Origin: an uncultured cyanobacterium
GTDB lineage: Bacteria > Cyanobacteriota > Cyanobacteriia > Cyanobacteriales > Nostocaceae
NCBI GenBank assembly: GCA_963706595.1
Contig: OY970166.1
Location: forward strand, 2,144,001-2,208,000
DNA length: 64,000 nucleotides
Direction of reading: 5' to 3'
Positions 1 through 11,638 of this stretch are shown piece after piece. The notes under the pieces are model-generated. The model was not told where the DNA came from. It was given only the letters and a program-made list of their open reading frames with translations, and searched no databases. Position numbers and translations under genes: made by a program. Each line of letters starts with the position of its first letter. The first letter of the stretch is position 1.

Positions 1-1085
1 TCTACTGTCCATCCATACCTTTTTTGTAAAGCGTTCCATTGGTTGTTAATTACTAAGTAAGCTCCATGCAGTCCCCCCCAAAACACGAATTGCCACCCTG
101 CACCATGCCAAAGCCCACCTAGCAGCATGGTAATCATTAAATTGAAGTTTCGCCTCGCTTCTCCTTTGCGATTCCCGCCTAGTGGTATATAGAGGTAATC
201 TCGTAAGAAGTTAGAGAGGGTAATGTGCCACCTGCGCCAAAAATCACTAATACTTACACCTTTGTAGGGTGAAAAAAAGTTACTTGGCAATGTAATTCCA
301 AACATTCTAGCTATGCCAATTGCCATGTCAGAATAGCCAGAAAAATCAAAGTATAACTGCAAAGTGTAGGCAATTGCACCAAGCCAGGATTCAAGAAATG
401 CCGGAGAAGTGCCTTGAGCCGCAGCATTAAATACTGGGCTGACATAAACGGCGATGTTATCAGCCAACACCACCTTTTTGAATAGCCCCAAACTAAACAT
501 AGTAATGCCTACAGAAAAATTTTCCGAATTAAAACGGTGTATGCTTTGATTAGCAAATTGCGGCATTACCTCTGAATGGTGAATAATTGGACCTGCTATT
601 AATTGCGGAAAAAAGGTAATAAATAGACAATATTCTACAAAACTATAATTCTTTTGTTCTTTGTAAGCATCTACCAAGTAAGCTATTTGCTGAAAAGTGA
701 AAAATGATATTCCTAAAGGTAGAATTATTTTCTGTAAATTCAAGTTTGCACCCAGCAAATCAGATGCAGAGGAAACGAAAAAGTTAAAGTATTTATAATA
801 TCCAATCAATAACAGGTTGAAAATTACCCCTATTATTAGAAAAAGTTTTTTGTTTTTTGGTAAATCAAAAGATTTACTTATGCCGGAACTAATCAGAAAA
901 TTAATAGTAATGGAAATAAGTATCAGCGCTAGATATTTAGGATTCCACCAGCCATAAAAAAATAAAGAAGCAAGTACCAGCGATATAATTGCTAAACGTT
1001 GATAACCGTATTTATTAAGACTAAAAAATATGAGCAGGGTGACTGGGAGGAAAAGAAATATGAATTCTACAGAATTAAACAGCAT
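1..1085 (-). CDS. MBOAT family O-acyltransferase, AlgI/DltB-like (3' end runs off the window)
   Basis: Manual translation from ATG at 1085: MLFNSVEFIFLFLPVT...; contains FWRRWHITLSNFLRDYLYIPLGG and GLWHGAGWQFVFWGGLHG, typical AlgI-type motifs. Absent from the ORF track because there is no stop in the window. Confidence 0.9.
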   Translation of the reverse strand, partial: MLFNSVEFIFLFLPVTLLIFFSLNKYGYQRLAIISLVLASLFFYGWWNPKYLALILISITINFLISSGISKSFDLPKNKKLFLIIGVIFNLLLIGYYKYFNFFVSSASDLLGANLNLQKIILPLGISFFTFQQIAYLVDAYKEQKNYSFVEYCLFITFFPQLIAGPIIHHSEVMPQFANQSIHRFNSENFSVGITMFSLGLFKKVVLADNIAVYVSPVFNAAAQGTSPAFLESWLGAIAYTLQLYFDFSGYSDMAIGIARMFGITLPSNFFSPYKGVSISDFWRRWHITLSNFLRDYLYIPLGGNRKGEARRNFNLMITMLLGGLWHGAGWQFVFWGGLHGAYLVINNQWNALQKRYGWTV

Positions 1086-1310
1086 ACTTTGTTAAAAAAG
1101 AATGTGAAATATTTATCATTGTTCAACCTTGCAAAATACCACTAGCTTGGAGATAATAAGCTGAAAAAATCTTATTTTGCAGAACATATTCAAATACAAC
1201 TTTTGTGGAATGGGCATCTTGCTCGTCCAAATTGTGCAAGTTGAATGCTCAACAGCTTCTAACCTGATTAGTGAATTCAGCAGACGTGCTATTAAGTCAC
1301 GTCTTTATGT

Positions 1311-2027
1311 TTAAATTTTCTTAAAAATACCAACCCAGCCATCTTTTCTACCCAAGTAGCCAAATGACATTCGGCAAAGCAATGCACTGATGAACTCTAA
1401 CATCTGATATAGTTTTGTATCCCAGCCTCTGATATATTTTCCTCTAACTAAAGTGAATAGATAGTGCCTCTTACGAAATTGCACGTCTTTGAAGGCGAGT
1501 TTATTTTTAGAATAGTACTGCACCTGAGTAGCCTTTTTCCCAAACACCATGATAATAGACATGGGTGAATATGGTTTTATATGGTCAAAATCATCATAAA
1601 AATATTCATTTAATAAGGGAGTAGCAATAATTAAGTAGCCACTAGGTTTTAGTCTGTCTAGGTAATCATCGAGCCAGTCTTTTAAATCAGATGGATAAAA
1701 GTGTTCAATAATATGAGACATTAAAATACAATCAAACTTGTCTTCGTTATCGGCAAATTCTTCTACAGTTACACACTTCAAACCTTGCTTTTGATTGGCT
1801 TTAATAATTTCAGGATTGACATCTACACCTAATACATTATAGCCTGCTGCCATGAGTCCTAGCATCTTTTTACCATAGCCACAACCAACATCTAAAACCC
1901 GATAATTGGATTGATTATTTGGGGCATACTTGCCTAAAAATTTTATGATAATGGCTTGGTCATAGTCATACTTGGTTAATGAATAGAAAAATTTTTTGAC
2001 TTGTTCGTATAGATTACTCATGCCCAT
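1311..2027 (-). CDS. Class I SAM-dependent methyltransferase
   Basis: VLDVGCGYG motif I, GVDVN, FDCILMSHIIEH. Confidence 0.85.
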   Translation of the reverse strand: MGMSNLYEQVKKFFYSLTKYDYDQAIIIKFLGKYAPNNQSNYRVLDVGCGYGKKMLGLMAAGYNVLGVDVNPEIIKANQKQGLKCVTVEEFADNEDKFDCILMSHIIEHFYPSDLKDWLDDYLDRLKPSGYLIIATPLLNEYFYDDFDHIKPYSPMSIIMVFGKKATQVQYYSKNKLAFKDVQFRKRHYLFTLVRGKYIRGWDTKLYQMLEFISALLCRMSFGYLGRKDGWVGIFKKI

Positions 2028-2304
2028 AGTAATATTTTTTAGTAAAGGACAAAATCAAAGTTTTAAATGTTTGTTAGCTGATATGCTAGTACAGCACGGC
2101 GTAAATGAGTCCCCCTCGAAAATAGTTTAACTACCCAGAATCAACGCCTTTTGACAGAGATCATTTATAGTTAGACAACACATCGATCTGTGATAAGTAG
2201 GGAAATCCGAATACATTATATACAGATATCTCTGAATATTCAGGCATGATCACTTGAGCAACTGCCGATAAAATCCTCATTGAGAGATCATTTAATCATA
2301 GATT

Positions 2305-4269
2305 ATGTTAGAACAAGGCACTATCAGTATTCATACTGAGAATATTTTCCCAATCATCAAGAAGTCTCTGTACTCAGACCATCAAATCTTCCTGCGGGAG
2401 TTGGTATCCAACGCTGTAGATGCCATCCAAAAGCTGAATATGGTATCCCGCGCCGGGGAATTTGCCGGAGACATCGGTGAACCAGAAATCCAACTGGCTA
2501 TCGACAAAGAGAAAAAAACCCTTTCGATTACCGATAACGGCATTGGGATGACAGCAGAGGAAGTTAAGAAATATATCAATCAGGTAGCTTTCTCTAGTGC
2601 CGAAGAATTTATTCACAAGTATGAAGGCAAATCAGATCAACCAATTATCGGTCACTTTGGTCTGGGTTTCTACTCCTCCTTCATGGTGGCGCAAAACGTA
2701 GAAATTGATACTCTTTCATACAAAGAAGGGGCGCAAGCTGTCCACTGGACTTGTGATGGTTCACCAGCTTTCACCTTAGATGAATCACCCCGCACAACTC
2801 GCGGTACTACTATTACTCTGACTCTCCAAGGAGAAGAAGAGGAATTTTTAGAAGATGCACGAATTAAGAATCTTGTCAAGACTTATTGCGACTTCATGCC
2901 AGTACCAATTAAATTGGACGGTGAAGTATTAAATCGGCAAAAAGCACCTTGGCGGGAGTCTGCTAATAACCTAAGTGAAGAAGATTACTTAGAGTTTTAC
3001 CGCTACCTGTACCCATTTCAGGAAGAACCTTTGTTATGGGTGCATTTAAATACTGATTACCCCTTTATCATCAACGGGATTTTGTATTTCCCCAAAATGC
3101 GTCCCGATGTCGATGTTACCAAAGGGCAAATTAAGCTATTTTGCAATCAAGTTTTCGTCAGCGACAACTGTGAAGAGATTGTCCCGCAATTCCTGATGCC
3201 GATGCGGGGTGTGATTGATAGCACTGATATTCCCTTGAATGTGTCTCGGAGTGCTTTGCAAGGCGATCGCACAGTGAAGAAAATAGGCGATTATATAGCT
3301 AAGAAAGTAGGCGATCGCCTTAAAGAACTATACCGCGACAACCGCGAACAATACATCAGTGCCTGGAAAGACCTCAGCACATTTGTCAAATTTGGGGTTC
3401 TCAACGACGAGAAATTCAAAAAACAAATTGAAGATATCATCGTCTTCCGCACCACAGCCAAACTAGGTGAAAAAACCGAAACCCCAGCAGTAGAAGTACA
3501 GACTTCCGAAAGCGATGTGTGGCAAGATATCGCCGCCAACTCATCGACTCTTCCATACACAACCCTGAAAGAATACTTAGAACGTAACAAAGAACGTCAC
3601 GAAAATCGAGTATTTTACAGCACCGATGAAACCACCCAATCCACCTACATAGAACTGCACAAAAACCAAGGCTTAGAAGTCCTATTCATGGACTCCTTCA
3701 TCGACACCCACTTTATCAACTTCCTCGAACGGGAATACTCAGATGTCAAATTTACGCGAGTAGATTCCGACCTAGATAACACCCTGCTAGAGCAAGACAA
3801 AACCGGGGAAATAGTTGACCCCACAACCAACAAAACCAAGAGTGAGGTAATCAAAGAATTATTTGAGAAATCCCTCAACAAACCCAAACTCAACATCCGT
3901 ACCGAAGCCTTGAAATCAGACGACCCCCAAGGCACACCACCAGCCATGGTACTATTACCAGAAATTATGCGTCGCCTGCGGGAAATGAACGCCATGATGC
4001 AGCAGCAGAATGCAGATTTTCCTGAAGATCACATTTTATTGGTAAATACCGCTCATCCCCTGATTCAAAACCTAGCCAACCTCAACCAAGGTAGTATCAT
4101 TCAGGATGATGGTCAGACATCAACAAATCCCTTAGTGAATATGATTTGTCAACACGTTTATGATTTGGCGCTGATGTCTCAAAAAGGATTTGACGCAGAA
4201 GGAATGAAATCCTTCGTCGAGCGTTCCAACGAAGTCCTGACCAAACTCACAGAACAAGCCAGCAAATAA
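2305..4269 (+). CDS. htpG: Molecular chaperone HtpG (Hsp90)
   Basis: IFLRELVSNAVDA, DNGIGMT, IGHFGLGFYS GHKL ATPase motifs; 654 aa. Confidence 0.98.
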   Translation: MLEQGTISIHTENIFPIIKKSLYSDHQIFLRELVSNAVDAIQKLNMVSRAGEFAGDIGEPEIQLAIDKEKKTLSITDNGIGMTAEEVKKYINQVAFSSAEEFIHKYEGKSDQPIIGHFGLGFYSSFMVAQNVEIDTLSYKEGAQAVHWTCDGSPAFTLDESPRTTRGTTITLTLQGEEEEFLEDARIKNLVKTYCDFMPVPIKLDGEVLNRQKAPWRESANNLSEEDYLEFYRYLYPFQEEPLLWVHLNTDYPFIINGILYFPKMRPDVDVTKGQIKLFCNQVFVSDNCEEIVPQFLMPMRGVIDSTDIPLNVSRSALQGDRTVKKIGDYIAKKVGDRLKELYRDNREQYISAWKDLSTFVKFGVLNDEKFKKQIEDIIVFRTTAKLGEKTETPAVEVQTSESDVWQDIAANSSTLPYTTLKEYLERNKERHENRVFYSTDETTQSTYIELHKNQGLEVLFMDSFIDTHFINFLEREYSDVKFTRVDSDLDNTLLEQDKTGEIVDPTTNKTKSEVIKELFEKSLNKPKLNIRTEALKSDDPQGTPPAMVLLPEIMRRLREMNAMMQQQNADFPEDHILLVNTAHPLIQNLANLNQGSIIQDDGQTSTNPLVNMICQHVYDLALMSQKGFDAEGMKSFVERSNEVLTKLTEQASK

Positions 4270-4328
4270 AAACTGCCAAATCTGCTTTTTGACCTCACCC
4301 CGCCTTTGACTTACCCCCTCTCCTTACC

Positions 4329-4677
4329 CTACGGTGTACACACAAGTGATCTCATCACTACCAGTCCTCGAATTACCCCACCCTAACCCTCCCCTTGGAA
4401 AGGGGAGGGAACTAGATTTTCCGGTTTCCCCCCTTTCCAAGGCAGGGCTGTTTCATTCCCTCAAAGGCTTATTATGTCAAGGGATATTTAAAGCGATCGC
4501 TCTAAATATCCTGAGAAAAATTTGAATTTTTTGGATTGAAATGTAGGTTTTCCATGACTTCTGTCCCAAAAATTATCCCTAATGATATTGACAAATCCTC
4601 CCTCCTTATCGAATGAAACAGCCCTGCTTTCCAAGGGGGGATTAAGGGGGGTATTTCGACTTGTGTGTACACCGTAG
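4329..4677. mobile_element. MITE-like element with 19-bp perfect TIRs, containing a second MITE
   Basis: CTACGGTGTACACACAAGT (4329-4347) and its reverse complement ACTTGTGTGTACACCGTAG (4659-4677); a second degenerate right end at 4751-4766. Confidence 0.7.
4443..4626. mobile_element. 184-bp MITE with 16-bp TIR and 10-bp TSD
   Basis: TIR CAGGGCTGTTTCATTC (4443-4458) / GAATGAAACAGCCCTG (4611-4626); direct repeat CTTTCCAAGG at 4433-4442 and 4627-4636. Confidence 0.88.
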
Positions 4678-4925
4678 CGCAAGGGAGGAGGGGAACTGGA
4701 TTTCCGGTTACATCTTGTTTTTAAGACTGGAAACTCTCTTTGATTCAGGATGTGTGTACAGCGTAGGCTTACCAAGGACATTCCCCCCTCTCCTTGGTAA
4801 GGAGAGGGGTTGGGGGTGAGGTTCTGTATTTGATTATTGAAAATTAAATATCCGTTACTTGGAACCCCTGTATGCAGACTAAAATAGAAAGGTTGTATTA
4901 AAATAGAAAATTGGAGATAATTGTT

Positions 4926-5162
4926 ATGTCTCGTCGCTGCGAACTAACTGGTAGAAAAGCAAATAACGCCTTTGCAGTTTCTCACTCACACCGCCGTACC
5001 AAACGCCTGCAACACGCCAACCTGCAAAACAAGCGTGTTTGGTGGGCTGCTGGAAATCGCTGGGTGAGAATGAAGCTATCCACTAAAGCCATCAAAACCC
5101 TAGAAGTCAAAGGGTTAGAAGCAATGGCCAAAGAAGCTGGAATCAATCTGAATCATTACTAA
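4926..5162 (+). CDS. rpmB: 50S ribosomal protein L28
   Basis: [37 protein letters not shown] at 4926 after GGAG. Confidence 0.97.
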   Translation: MSRRCELTGRKANNAFAVSHSHRRTKRLQHANLQNKRVWWAAGNRWVRMKLSTKAIKTLEVKGLEAMAKEAGINLNHY

Positions 5163-5255
5163 GCTTGTGAACCTGTAGGGTGTGTTATGCCGTCAGGCTA
5201 ACGCACCATCCAGGACTTTCCGTGCTTTAAGACTAAAATCCATAACGCACCCTAC

Positions 5256-5490
5256 TGGCGTGACAAGGCTAAAATGTTGCAATAGATTTTTGAGAAAATT
5301 GAGATAAATCAATGTTTTCTGCTTTCTTCTAATGCACTACTTTAAGCTTGTCAGTCCACTACTGGCGTGGCAAGCTTAAAATGATGCATTATATTTCTCT
5401 TGTGGAACAGGCATCTTGCCTGTTCTGGGCGGGCTAGAAGCCCACCCCACAATATTTATGTTTATGCACTACTTTAAGCTTGCCACGCCA
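5256..5490. mobile_element. Two head-to-tail MITEs separated and flanked by CTAC
   Basis: Unit 2 has perfect TIRs TGGCGTGGCAAGCTTAAA (5363-5380) / TTTAAGCTTGCCACGCCA (5473-5490); unit 1 (5256-5358) has degenerate copies; CTAC at 5252, 5359 and 5491. Confidence 0.75.
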
Positions 5491-5523
5491 CTACTGGCTG
5501 GACATAAAAGAATAGTTCCTACC

Positions 5524-5550
5524 AAAACCCCCCAAAATGGGGGGTTTTTT
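5524..5550 (+). terminator. Intrinsic terminator-like hairpin
   Basis: AAAACCCCCC-AAAAT-GGGGGGTTTTTT. Confidence 0.7.
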
Positions 5551-5939
5551 AATTGCTTCACATTACTTTATCTTTACTTGATATATTTTTTGAACCAAGT
5601 GGGTAGTATAAGATTACTCCGCTAACTATTCCTGTATACTTGACTGTTGCGAAAATACAGTTTAGCAAAATATAAGTGTAATTACGGTGTGATTGAGTTA
5701 ATAGTTCATAAATTAAATCTCTGGCAAAAATCAGTATTTTCCTTAAAATCTCAAAACTTTATCAATGCTATAACTTTAAGAAAAAATTTTTCATGTATTG
5801 ATATCGTATTTTTTTTCTGAGTTAGTTCAATAGGAAAACTTGTTATAAACAAAACTCGCCTGTAAATGTTCAGCAGGCATAATCTGTAATTGCGAAAGCA
5901 CGATAAACCCTTAAACAACCACTTGACAGGAAAGCAGCC

Positions 5940-8900
5940 ATGTCTCGAAAACGCCAGCTAGTCAAGATAATTAATAAAATTACCAAACAGGTTAGTAAGC
6001 ATTTTTTATCTCCAATTAAAAAGAAAATTGTTTGGTTACTGCGAACATTATTTGTCACCAAGAGACGACGAAGTTCTGCAAACGCTGGTTTTGTCTTGCC
6101 AACAGTGGCAATGGTATCAGTAGTAGTCGTATTGCTATCTACAGCAATTGTATTTCGCTCTTTTGAGCGCGCCAAAAATTCCGGCAATGTCCGCGTAAAT
6201 GAGGCGGTGATGAACGCTGCTATGCCAGGAATTGATCGGGCTAGAGCTAAATTAGAACAATTATTGTCTGACCCTGCATTACCACGTTCAACTCCAACAG
6301 ATTTAGCTCTATATGGTGTAATTAAAAATAGTAAATATGATTTTGGTGATGAAACTCGCTTGAGGCTGGCTCAAGATTTTAACGGAACTGCTGGTATTCA
6401 ACCCAGCACGACACTCGAAGATGATGAAACTTTAAATACTGCTTGGAAATTCCCTGTTGATACTGATAATAACGGTAAATTTGATAGCTTCACTCTTTAT
6501 GCTATTTACTTTCGTAGTCCAACCCGCGACACAAGTAATCAATTTGATAGAGCCAGAACGCCTTTAGATGCCAGAACTCCACCTATGGATCAGAGTCAAA
6601 TAGGTGGTGCTTGTGCAGGTGCTATTGGTACAAGTGCCAGCTTGATTGGTGACTCTAGCTGGTACAAAGCAGGTAGTAATTTGGCCAAAAGCTTTTTTGT
6701 TTATACAGTTAATGTACCTATTGATGCTCTTGGTACTCTTCTTGATGATACCAAATATGAAACAAAGGCAAGTAGAGGATTTTCCGCTTTAGAATACCAG
6801 CAAGACCGAGAAAGAATTCCCGTCAATAACAAAGCAGTTTGGTTTGAGAATGACCTAGAAATTGCTCCGGGTGGCGAGTTGTTGTTGAACGGTTCCATCC
6901 ATACAAACGGTAATTTACTAGCTGGTACTGTTGTTAATGGTCAAATTATTTACCGTCAAGTTAGTAGTAAAAACTCCTGCTATTATGAGCAGGAGAATGC
7001 GAAGATTACAGTTGGTGGCAATCTTGGCACCGCAGGTGTTAATGGTGATGCTGACACCGGAGCATTAAGGATGGATTTATTTCGCGGCTATAAAGTAGAT
7101 CCGTGGACGACAGATCAAACTGCTCCAAACGCATCCAAGATTATTATTGGTGGCGACACTGGCCATAAATCAACCACAGCAGGTGGTGGTCAGACAGTAT
7201 CTCACAATGATGCTGCTTATAACGAGCGTATCAGCAAGATGAAGCAAGAAGCGCTGGATTTGTGTACTACTTGTGCAGCTGCAACTACAGTAACTGCTTT
7301 AAATACTGCTGTTGCTGCCGTTGGCAGATATCCTGAAGAAATTAAAGATAACTTTGATAGTCGGGTTACGTTAAGTACTACTGATATAGATTTAGAAACG
7401 GCTCAGGATATTTTAGGCGAAGAAATTGAAAATTATCTGAGAGACCGCACCCGACGAGTTCCTTTTGCAGAAGTGGCGCAAGCTATACCTACAGCAGCAG
7501 AAGCTTTAGGGACTTACGAGACTGCTGCTGCTTTTACAGGGACAGGTGAAATTGAAGTACCCGCAGAGTGGCGAGAAATAACTACCACAAACACAGGATT
7601 GACTTTAAATCTCGATAAATTAGAGGCCACAGAACCAGAAAAACAAAGCAATGACGGTACAGAAAATTATGCAGGCGATCGCGTTTTAATTGGTAATAAC
7701 CTGCCAGCCTTTTGGAAAAATAGTGACAACGCTTACGGCACAGGACAAAAATTCCGTCAGCCTGTTGACAGCACAACTTACTGGAATAGTTCCGACACAC
7801 CTAATGAAGTCCGTACCCGTGCTTCTCAAATACAACCACAACTCAGTTTAGGACAAACAGGCCGCAACCAATTTTGGGAAGAAAAGGCTGTTGAAGATGA
7901 TTCTGCCAACCCATTATCTAATGTGGGTGGTTTGCGGGTAATTACAGGGGCTGGTATTTATGTAGATGATGATGGTCTTAGTGGTACTGGCTCCTTTCCC
8001 CGTAGTGCAGACTCCTTACCCCCAACGCTGGATACAAGTTTTGTAGGTAGTAGTGCAGGTCAAATGCCTGCTCCTCTAACCTTTGATGCACCATTAACTG
8101 CGGTTAGTAATATATTCGTGTGGCCTGATACCATGCCCATGTCATCACCTACTAGCGCTCTCACAGGTGATTTGCTCATGAGGGCTACGGCAGTTTATCA
8201 CTTCAAAGACAACGCAGGTACTGCCCAGACTCCCATCGCTTGTGTCAGTAGCTACTATGATCCGACAAATAATATCACCGCCCAAAATGAACCTGCTTTA
8301 ACCACATCATGGATAAATCCTTCAGCGGCCGATCCTACTGATCCTACAACCATCGGCAAATCAAATAACGGCATTGTCTACCCTCCTGCTGATAGAACAA
8401 GTATTACTACTAATCTGGCAACTCTCACACGGCAGGCGAGGTTAGTATTTCCCAACGGGCGTATTGCCAATGAGCCATTGAGAAAGGCGATAAAGAAATA
8501 CACCGATAATGGAAGTAACTTTGATAATTTCACAATGGAGAATTATTCTGCCGTTGATACAGCCCTCTGCGCCCTTTCAATTATCAACGGTGCGACACCT
8601 GCTGCAACCCCAGTAGTTCCTCATGGAGCAATTCGAGAAGCAAGTTTCCTTGATGCTAGGGAAGTAAAAGCACTACAACCCCTAGAAGATCGTTTAGTAG
8701 GTGTTGTTCTAGAAAAAGGTTATCGAAACGACGACAATGATAGTGAACGTGAATACAATCTCGACTTAGAACAGCGTCAACCCTTAGAGATTCGCGTCAC
8801 CGAACTTGACTTGGGTCAGCTTGCGGCTACGAGTATCGCTAGCACTGAGTATTTACTCCCCAAAAGCGGCATTATTTATGCTACTCGTGATGATGCTCTC

Positions 8901-10806
8901 CCAGATTTGAGCTACGCAACTATTGAGCCAGGCGATCTTAATGATCCACAATATCAGGATAAAATAAAATTATTTAGCCAAACTGACTTCAAGCTCGATC
9001 CTACCCGTCGCCCGAATGGTATCCGGCTCATCAATGGTGTAAACTTGGCGCGAACTGGAACCAATACTGCTACTTACGACCCATCGGAGAAGGGGTTGAT
9101 TTTAGCCAGTAACCTACCAGTTTATATTAAGGGCGAGTTTAACCTGCATAAAATTCCTGGAGGTACTACTCAGATAGAAGAGTTTACAGCCCTTGAAACT
9201 ACTGCCAACTTCTACACAAGGTCAGGCTTCAATAACAACTTTGCCTGCCGTCCAGGACGAGGCGCGTGTCCTACTGGTGCTACTACTGGTGATTTGTGGC
9301 GACCATCGACTGTTTTAGCTGATGCTCTCACCCTCTTATCTGGTGGCTTCCAAGATGGCTTCCGTAGTGATGGGGACTATGACCTGAATGATAATGCCGC
9401 AAGTATTCCTAAGTCAAATTCACCTGCGGATGTCGTGAACTATTTTGCTACTAATATTAGTAGTAGCTGGGGAGGTACTGCTGGAAGTCCCAATACCAAA
9501 ACTTCTTACAATGCTAATGGTGTCACACCTATCCAGCGCCGGGCTGAATTTAACGAGTATTTGATGGAAGTTTGCCCAAAAGTACCTGCTTCCACTTGTG
9601 ATCAGGATGACCCCAATGACTGGAAGGTTTTTATCCGATCAGATACAACACCTCGGACGGCAACAGAAGTCTTAAATGATTTCACCACCATTAACATAGA
9701 CGGTTTTGTTAACGACAATCTTGCTTCCGGTACAACGGCTCTACCTCCATTTTTTGATCCAGATGATCCACCAGACGTTGATTATAGTCTTTATCCTCGT
9801 CGGGTTGCCTTCTATAGAGATGGAGCCGGTAATCTTTTGGATAAAGATGATGCTGTAATTGATGCAGTAGCAGCTGCGGCTGGTAAGCTACCAGTGCCTA
9901 TTGGTATTGAGGATATTACATTTAAAGTTCAAAAATTCCCGTACGGTGTTGGAACTCCTAAACCCCGTTTGTTAGCAACAGCACTGTGGTTTCAAACCAG
10001 CAACAGTAATACTAACCCTAACACCCCCGCCTCAAAGCGATACGCAGCAAATCTACCCCTGTTTCTTCAGTCACTCCCATCTGGTACACAGCAACCTAAA
10101 CTAGTACCAATTTTACAAATTTACAGTCCACAAGGAACCCCTGGTACTAGGTACTAATTTAAACACTGGAAGTACCACCAACAGAATTCAAAGAAACTGG
10201 GTGCAACAAGCATCAGGCACTACTGTTTACAATACAGGACTGGCAGCTGGTAACAGCCCCAGCCGACCGGAGGAACAATCGGCAGGTTTACAAGCTTTTG
10301 TGAGGTACTTAGAAAATTGGGATTCAAGTACCGTTAAGATCAGAGGTAACTTTATTCAATTCAAACGAAGTGCTTATGGTACAGCACCATTAGCACCTAT
10401 TTTGTCCGATAAAGCTGAACAAACTCCCACTAATGACGAAAATCTGAGTATTTTTGATTTGCGATACAACAAATACTGGACTCTTAACGGAGCGCCAGCA
10501 GGTACTTTGCCATACTACTGGCCACCCGGACGGAACTGGGGTTTTGATGTAGGGCTGTTATCTCAGTTACCAGACTTATTTGCCCAAAGGTTTACCGTTC
10601 CACCATCAGCACCACCCGCAGAATATTTCCGGGAAGTTGGTAGAGATGATAACTGGGTCAAAACTTTGCTGTGTGCTAAACAAGCCGCAAGCGCAACCGA
10701 AACCAATTATTCAGTAAATGCGGTTCCTGCTAGTTATCGTCCTTCAGACTGTCCCAGTGCTTCGACATATCCTACCGCTCCTCCCTCAGACGATGGTGAC
10801 TCATAA
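5940..10806 (+). pseudogene. hpsA: Hormogonium polysaccharide biosynthesis protein HpsA, frameshifted near the C-terminus (ORFs 5940-10157 and 10201-10806)
   Basis: Large protein with pilin-like N-terminus (AGFVLPTVAMVSVVVVLL), TAWKFPVDTDNNGKFDSFTLY and LEQRQPLEIRVT motifs, first gene of the pseudopilin/GT cluster. Deleting one copy of GGTACTA (10143-10156) fuses the two ORFs. Confidence 0.85.
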
Positions 10807-11567
10807 TGAGTATATACAAGCGATTTAGCCAAAAAATAAAAGTAGCAAATCCCAGAAGATGGAAAAAATTTACTTCATCTAGTGAAGCAGGTTTCACCAT
10901 CGTTGAATCCTTGATGGCAATAGTTGTAGTTGCCATCCTCATGGCTGGAATTTCACCAGTGTTGATATTGTCAGTTGCTACTCGTGTTCAGGCTAGGCGA
11001 ATTGAGCTAGGAAGCCAAGCCGCCAGAACCTATATTGATGGCATCAGGGCTGGCTCAATTCCAATTCCCAAGAACGTAGTTCAGTTGGACGAAGTTGACG
11101 CAACGGATAATTTTGATGATTCCCAGAGGGTGAATTTCGCCGGGGTTGCAGCACCTAGTTCAACCTTACCAACTTGCTCAACTCCTACGAACGGTTACTG
11201 CCAGAACAGTACAACTCCAAGCACAAGCACCACAAGCTTGTATTGCATAGACCGAGATGGCAGTGGTTGTTCCAATAGCAGTTCTCAAGACTTAGTTATT
11301 CAAGCTTATCGAAGTACCAGTGCTACCACAGTTAACGCTGCCAACGATGATCCTGACAAAGGCTACCTTTTAGCCGTGCGGGTTTACAGAGCAGACGCTT
11401 TTAGCGGTAGTGGCACCCTTGAAACAATGGAGGCTAATAGCTCTAAAGCTGCAACTTTTACTGGCGGATTGGGTAATAAAACCGCACCTTTAGTCGAAAT
11501 AGTCACAGAAGTTGCACCCAGAACCGCCAATTTTCAGGATTACTGTACTCGTTTTGGTGGTTGTTAG
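10806..11567 (+). CDS. hpsB: Hormogonium polysaccharide secretion pseudopilin HpsB
   Basis: Type IV prepilin motif AG/FTIVESLMAIVVV; position after hpsA. Confidence 0.8.
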   Translation: MSIYKRFSQKIKVANPRRWKKFTSSSEAGFTIVESLMAIVVVAILMAGISPVLILSVATRVQARRIELGSQAARTYIDGIRAGSIPIPKNVVQLDEVDATDNFDDSQRVNFAGVAAPSSTLPTCSTPTNGYCQNSTTPSTSTTSLYCIDRDGSGCSNSSSQDLVIQAYRSTSATTVNAANDDPDKGYLLAVRVYRADAFSGSGTLETMEANSSKAATFTGGLGNKTAPLVEIVTEVAPRTANFQDYCTRFGGC

Positions 11568-11638
11568 TAAATCAAATCATCAACTATTTGATAAACATTA
11601 CCAGAATTAAAGCTCAAGCATGAAGGGGAAACTGCTGG

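Noticed and set aside
4334..4781. ORFs 4334-4525 (+) and 4488-4781 (-)
   Set aside because: They lie wholly within nested MITE/palindrome DNA and show no protein motifs.
5252..5494. Possible CRISPR array
   Set aside because: The repeats are inverted pairs with ~70-90-bp interiors, only two units, and no cas genes.
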